A DNA stretch of 64,000 nt, from NCBI GenBank assembly GCA_963729625.1, contig CAVSOU010000011.1, forward strand, positions 768,001 to 832,000, read 5' to 3'. The translations under genes and the position numbers were made by a program. Position 1 is the stretch's first letter; every line of letters starts with the position of its first letter. Shown here piece after piece: positions 59,882-64,000 of the stretch. This DNA is from an uncultured bacterium. Lineage in GTDB: Bacteria; Chloroflexota; UBA5177; JANWHV01. The notes beneath the pieces were generated by a model. The model saw nothing but the letters and a program-made list of their open reading frames with translations. It was not told where the DNA came from and ran no database searches.

Positions 59882-62800
59882 ATGCAATGCCCACGGTGCA
59901 CGTACGAGAGCCAGGTCGCGAACGTGCAATGTCCTGGCTGCCATTGTACGTTTGTCAGGGCCGAGCTGGAGGAGCTTGACCACCTGAAATACACGCTGGA
60001 CCGGCTGATGCGCTGGTACGATAAAGGCTTGCTCCCACCCAGAACCGCCGACCGTCTCGCACAGCTGACACATGCCGACACGCGCGCATTGCTGGCGCGC
60101 ATCGGCGAGCGACAAGCGCCGGTGTATCCGGCATCCAGCCAGGGAGCCGCACCGGCGGAGGCGCCGGCGAGAGTGCACGCCGAAGCAGCGGCCGTCGCGG
60201 CGAAGGCCGCAAGCCAACCCGTGCAGGCGGCCGCTGCCCCGTCTGTCGGCGTGCCGGCTGCCCGACCCGCGCCGGAAGCCCCGCGAGCCGCAGCAGCAGC
60301 CCTTGGCCAGGCCTCGACGCGCGCCGGGGTGATGGCCCAAGGGCCGGCCATGCAGGGAGCCGCGGTATCGAGCCCTCACGGTTCTGCTTCTCCACGACCG
60401 CTATCTCCGGCGATGGCCGTGCCGACTCCGCCGTCGAAGCCAACTCGCAGGCCGTCGCCCTCGTTCAGCTGGAAGCAGGTGGGTACGTACCTGCTCTCCG
60501 AGCGCACGCTCAATGCCCTGCTCGGACTGGGCGCCTTCCTCATCCTGGCGGCGGCGGTGGTAATCTCAACGGTGAACCCCACCGGGCTCGGGCCGGTGCT
60601 TCACCTGGCGGCGATGGTCGGCACGACTGCAGTCTTCTATCTGGCCGGAGCGCTCGTGCAGAAGCGCCTGCGCCTGGCGCGCACGGGTGCCACGCTGCTG
60701 GCAGTCGGGGCTGTCTTCATCCCGCTCGACGCGTGCACCTTTGGCAGTGACCTGCTGAAGTGGGAGCCGAGCGCCATCTGGGTTCTGGCGTCGCTTGTCT
60801 GCCTCCTCATCTACCTGCCCTCGCATCTCTCGCTCTACGATCGCGCGTCGGCAATCCTCACCGCTGCTGCCGGCGGCAGTCTCGTCCTGTCGCTGGCGCG
60901 CCCGCTGGGCGTGGACCCGATTTGGGGCGGCTGTGGACTGGTTGTCCTTGCCGGCGTCTATCTGATCGTCGCGGACCGGCTTCGCCACAGCCAGACGAAC
61001 CTGCATTGGGCACTATCCTGGGCGGCACAGCTGGCCACGCCTTCGGCGATGGCAGGCTTGCTTGCGCTGCGCTTCAGTCGGCAGCTCCTGGGCACCTTCC
61101 CGCCGGATTCCTTCCTGCAGACACTTGGCGCTCTACCCGGCGCTTCCATGGACTATGCGGTGGGTGTGACCTGGTGGCTGGGCGCGGCCTTCTATGTCCT
61201 GGCCACGCAGCTTGTGCCACGGCGCGCCAGTTCGCTTGCCGCGGCCTGGATCGTCCCCTGTGCCTTCCTCTTCACGCTCACCAAGGCGCCCTTCGACCGG
61301 GAGTGGTACGGCGTCGCCCTGGCAGCGCTGGCCGTGCTCTACATGCTGTTCGGGCGCCAGGTCCAGCGTGCGCTCAAGGGCGTGGCGCGTCCAACCCTGA
61401 TACAGTTGCTTGGCCAGCCCGTCTATCAGGTCGGCCTGACGCTGGCCGTGGTAGCGGGAATGTGGCCCGCGGCGATCTCGGTAGCCCGGCTCACTTCCAG
61501 CAGCGAGGCGATCGCTCTCTGGATACTGGTCGGTCTCTTCGCCTGGTCGGCGTTCACGTTCAAACACATCCTGTTTCGCTACGCCGCCGCATACCTGATC
61601 CTGGCGGCACTGGCGTGCATTCCGCCCGAACACCTGTTGTCGATTCCCGATCGGCCTGGCCTCGGGCTTGCGGCGCTGGCAGCCGGCTACCTGCTGTTTG
61701 GCTGGCTCACGGGCGGGCAGGCGATCAGAGGCGACGGGCCGTCCGCCCGGAGGGCGGTCGCTCGCGATCCGGTTTTCCAGGTAGCGGCATGGTGCACGGC
61801 CGCGGCCGCCTTGTGGCCGGCCCTCACCTCCCAGGCGACGTTCGTCACGGCCGAGGAGATCACTGCGCTCATCGCCGTTGCTCTGGTGTACGGCGCCGCG
61901 GCATTCCTGCTGGAACAGCGTGCCTGGGCCTACATCTCCGTTTCTCTCGTGCCGATTGCCTGGGGACTGTTTATGGCATTCCGGGCATACGACGACGGCC
62001 CGACGCTGCTTGGCTGGGCGCTGCTGGCGGTTGCGTTGTGGGTTGCCGCCGAGGTGGCTGCGCGACGCACGTCGGAAGGCAGGCGGCCGCTGATTGAGAC
62101 GGTGGTCGGTCTCGGCAGCTGGCGCTCTCGCTTCGCCTCACCGCTCTTCGCCGCCGGCTATGCAGTGAGCGTGATGGCCGTATTGGTTGGCTTGGCGCAA
62201 GCCTCGGATGCTTCCGCCATGCCTGGGCAGAGCGTCGCCGGTCTCCTGGTCGTGTGCGCGCTGTACGTCATCTCGTCGGCGAGCCGGCGGAGCAGCGTGT
62301 TCCTCTACCCGGCTACCTGGCTGTTTCTGTTGCCGCTCACCGCCGTGGTGTCGCACGCGTACGCGCGCTCGGGCATGGCCTATACCGCCGCGCAGGACGC
62401 ACGGGTGATGGCGGTGCTTGGGCTTGCCTATCTGGCACTGGCCTTCATCGTGGATCGTGCCGGCGGGCACTATGCGAAGCCGGTCTACCTGGCGGCGTAT
62501 GCCCTGGTGGTTCTGGGTGTCGCGACGGCGATTCCCGACCGGCCGATGATCGTGCAGACACTGGGCGCTGGGCTGGTCGCGCTCGCCTGGTCGGCCTGGC
62601 TCGTGCATAGCGGCCGGCACCCGTCCTACGCGTGGACGGTGGAACAGCTGGTGGCGAGTGTATCGGCCACGGTGTGGGATGCAGCCGAGATGCTGTTCCA
62701 GTATTTGGCCGTCTGGCTGTTGCCGGTCTGGGTGATCCTGCTGCAGAGCCTCCGATCGCCCCTTCCTGCGACGGCCGACTACGGCGTGACCCTGGCTCTC

Positions 62801-64000
62801 CTGGCGCTTGTCTACGCCCCCGTGGGACTGCTCTTCCGGCGAATCGACGTGGCCTATCGGCTGCCATGGCTGATCGGCGCCTACGCGCTGTCGGCAATGG
62901 GTCCGTTGGTGGCGTTGCCGGATCCCACACTGCGCATCGCCGCGCTGACGATGTCCATCGCGCTCTACGTGGCCAGCGCCCTGCAGTCGCGCCGGCATGA
63001 ATGGCTCTGGCTCACGGCGGCGCTGGGGCCCGTGCTTCTGCTGGAATGGGTCATTCGTGCCGGCGACGTGGCTCGCGACTACGGCATCGCTCTGGTAGTG
63101 ATGAGCCTCGGCTACGGCGTGATCGGCCTGGTCATTCAGCGCCGTGGCCTGCGCGGTCTGTGGATGCCCTTGCGCGAGACCCCCGACCGGTTCGCCCTTC
63201 CCTTCCTGGCGATCGGGCAGGCGCTCTGCATTGCAGGCCTGGCCCTCGTGCTGGCGGTGCAAAGCTCGAGTGCGGCGCTCGGGCTAACACTGCAGAGTCC
63301 CATGCTGGTATTGATCGGCTTCACGCTCGGAGCCGTGCAGTATGCCTGTGCCGCGGCCATCTCTCGACGCAGCATCTTCAGCTCACCGCTGGCGCTCACG
63401 CTGGTCGTGGCCTACCTGAGCGCGATGATCAGCAGCGGACTGCCGGCTGTTGACTTTGGCCCCGCACTGTTGCCAGGTCTCTGCGCTTTCCTGCTCATCG
63501 CGGAGACCTTACGTCGCACAGCTGATACCGCGGACGTCGTGGCGGAGCGCCGGCGCAAGGCCGTCACCGGCAGCTGGGCGCTGCCGTTCGAGACGTTCGT
63601 GCACATTGGCGCCGTGTCCGCCTTCATCCTGAGCGCGCAAGACACCAATCAGACGCTTGCCTGGTGGGGCGTCGCTGCGCTCTACGTTATGCTCGCCGCC
63701 ATCCGGCAGCAGCCCGGCTGGCTCTATGCTGCTATCGGTTCCGCTCTTGCTGCATTCGTGGGAACGGGAGTTCTCCTGGCGCCCGATCTCACAATGCCGG
63801 AGCGGCTGCTCATCCTTGTGCCTCCGGTCTACGCTCTCGCCGGAGTCGCCCATGCAATCCGTAGCCGGCCGGCTGCTGAGTCCAGATCTGCGCCGCCGTA
63901 TTTCCGCTGGAGCGGCGCTGCGCCCGGTCCCTGGGCCGAACCCCTCCTGACCTGGGGCTCTGTCACCGCGATCGTGTCCGTCGCGCTCAGCGGCGGTGAT
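59882..64000 (+). CDS. Very large polytopic membrane protein with N-terminal Zn ribbon (DUF2157-like region); runs off window end
   Basis: MQCPRC..QCPGC, Pro/Ala linker, LLGLGAFLILAAAVV..., FIPLD, then many TM helices. The frame is coding-like at both ends, and its absence from the ORF track implies no stop before 64000. Confidence 0.85.
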   Translation, partial: MQCPRCTYESQVANVQCPGCHCTFVRAELEELDHLKYTLDRLMRWYDKGLLPPRTADRLAQLTHADTRALLARIGERQAPVYPASSQGAAPAEAPARVHAEAAAVAAKAASQPVQAAAAPSVGVPAARPAPEAPRAAAAALGQASTRAGVMAQGPAMQGAAVSSPHGSASPRPLSPAMAVPTPPSKPTRRPSPSFSWKQVGTYLLSERTLNALLGLGAFLILAAAVVISTVNPTGLGPVLHLAAMVGTTAVFYLAGALVQKRLRLARTGATLLAVGAVFIPLDACTFGSDLLKWEPSAIWVLASLVCLLIYLPSHLSLYDRASAILTAAAGGSLVLSLARPLGVDPIWGGCGLVVLAGVYLIVADRLRHSQTNLHWALSWAAQLATPSAMAGLLALRFSRQLLGTFPPDSFLQTLGALPGASMDYAVGVTWWLGAAFYVLATQLVPRRASSLAAAWIVPCAFLFTLTKAPFDREWYGVALAALAVLYMLFGRQVQRALKGVARPTLIQLLGQPVYQVGLTLAVVAGMWPAAISVARLTSSSEAIALWILVGLFAWSAFTFKHILFRYAAAYLILAALACIPPEHLLSIPDRPGLGLAALAAGYLLFGWLTGGQAIRGDGPSARRAVARDPVFQVAAWCTAAAALWPALTSQATFVTAEEITALIAVALVYGAAAFLLEQRAWAYISVSLVPIAWGLFMAFRAYDDGPTLLGWALLAVALWVAAEVAARRTSEGRRPLIETVVGLGSWRSRFASPLFAAGYAVSVMAVLVGLAQASDASAMPGQSVAGLLVVCALYVISSASRRSSVFLYPATWLFLLPLTAVVSHAYARSGMAYTAAQDARVMAVLGLAYLALAFIVDRAGGHYAKPVYLAAYALVVLGVATAIPDRPMIVQTLGAGLVALAWSAWLVHSGRHPSYAWTVEQLVASVSATVWDAAEMLFQYLAVWLLPVWVILLQSLRSPLPATADYGVTLALLALVYAPVGLLFRRIDVAYRLPWLIGAYALSAMGPLVALPDPTLRIAALTMSIALYVASALQSRRHEWLWLTAALGPVLLLEWVIRAGDVARDYGIALVVMSLGYGVIGLVIQRRGLRGLWMPLRETPDRFALPFLAIGQALCIAGLALVLAVQSSSAALGLTLQSPMLVLIGFTLGAVQYACAAAISRRSIFSSPLALTLVVAYLSAMISSGLPAVDFGPALLPGLCAFLLIAETLRRTADTADVVAERRRKAVTGSWALPFETFVHIGAVSAFILSAQDTNQTLAWWGVAALYVMLAAIRQQPGWLYAAIGSALAAFVGTGVLLAPDLTMPERLLILVPPVYALAGVAHAIRSRPAAESRSAPPYFRWSGAAPGPWAEPLLTWGSVTAIVSVALSGGD

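Noticed and set aside
60760-62097. 445-aa plus-strand ORF
   Set aside because: Arg/Gly/Pro-rich off-frame reading within the large membrane-protein gene.
1-64000. CRISPR array, tRNA, rRNA, prophage, intact IS
   Set aside because: No regularly spaced repeats, tRNA/rRNA signatures, phage structural genes or full transposases seen by eye.

Overview
High-GC bacterial chromosomal window of accessory metabolism and transport. Gene style suggests a soil monoderm such as Chloroflexota or an Actinobacteria-like lineage (inference only). Contents in order: a glycosidase patch (GH38, GH106-like, GH51, URO-D-like); TetR-MMPL; clpB with a HAIR-like inverted repeat; a TPP-riboswitch-controlled ThiXYZ-type ABC importer; MarR-DHA2; LysE; DrrAB-type ABC with TetR; pirin; M29 aminopeptidase; MarR; a catabolic patch (cyclodeaminase-like, enolase-superfamily, DapA-like, Ldh_2, Gfo/Idh/MocA); a LolD/FtsX-type ABC; a lipoprotein nuclease with SMI1/KNR4 immunity gene; a second TetR-MMPL; a D-amino-acid PLP enzyme; MFS; an acyl-CoA-ligase-ACP-acyltransferase fusion; an orphan structured leader with terminator; and a >1370-aa Zn-ribbon polytopic membrane protein that runs off the end and is absent from the ORF track. 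Many intergenic gaps hold short gene or IS remnants. The best novelty candidate is the stand-alone lipoprotein His-Me endonuclease plus cytoplasmic SUKH immunity pair (47591-49254), which has no RHS/WXG/LXG delivery domain. No rRNA, tRNA or CRISPR array was seen. All family calls come from motif recognition by eye, not database searches.
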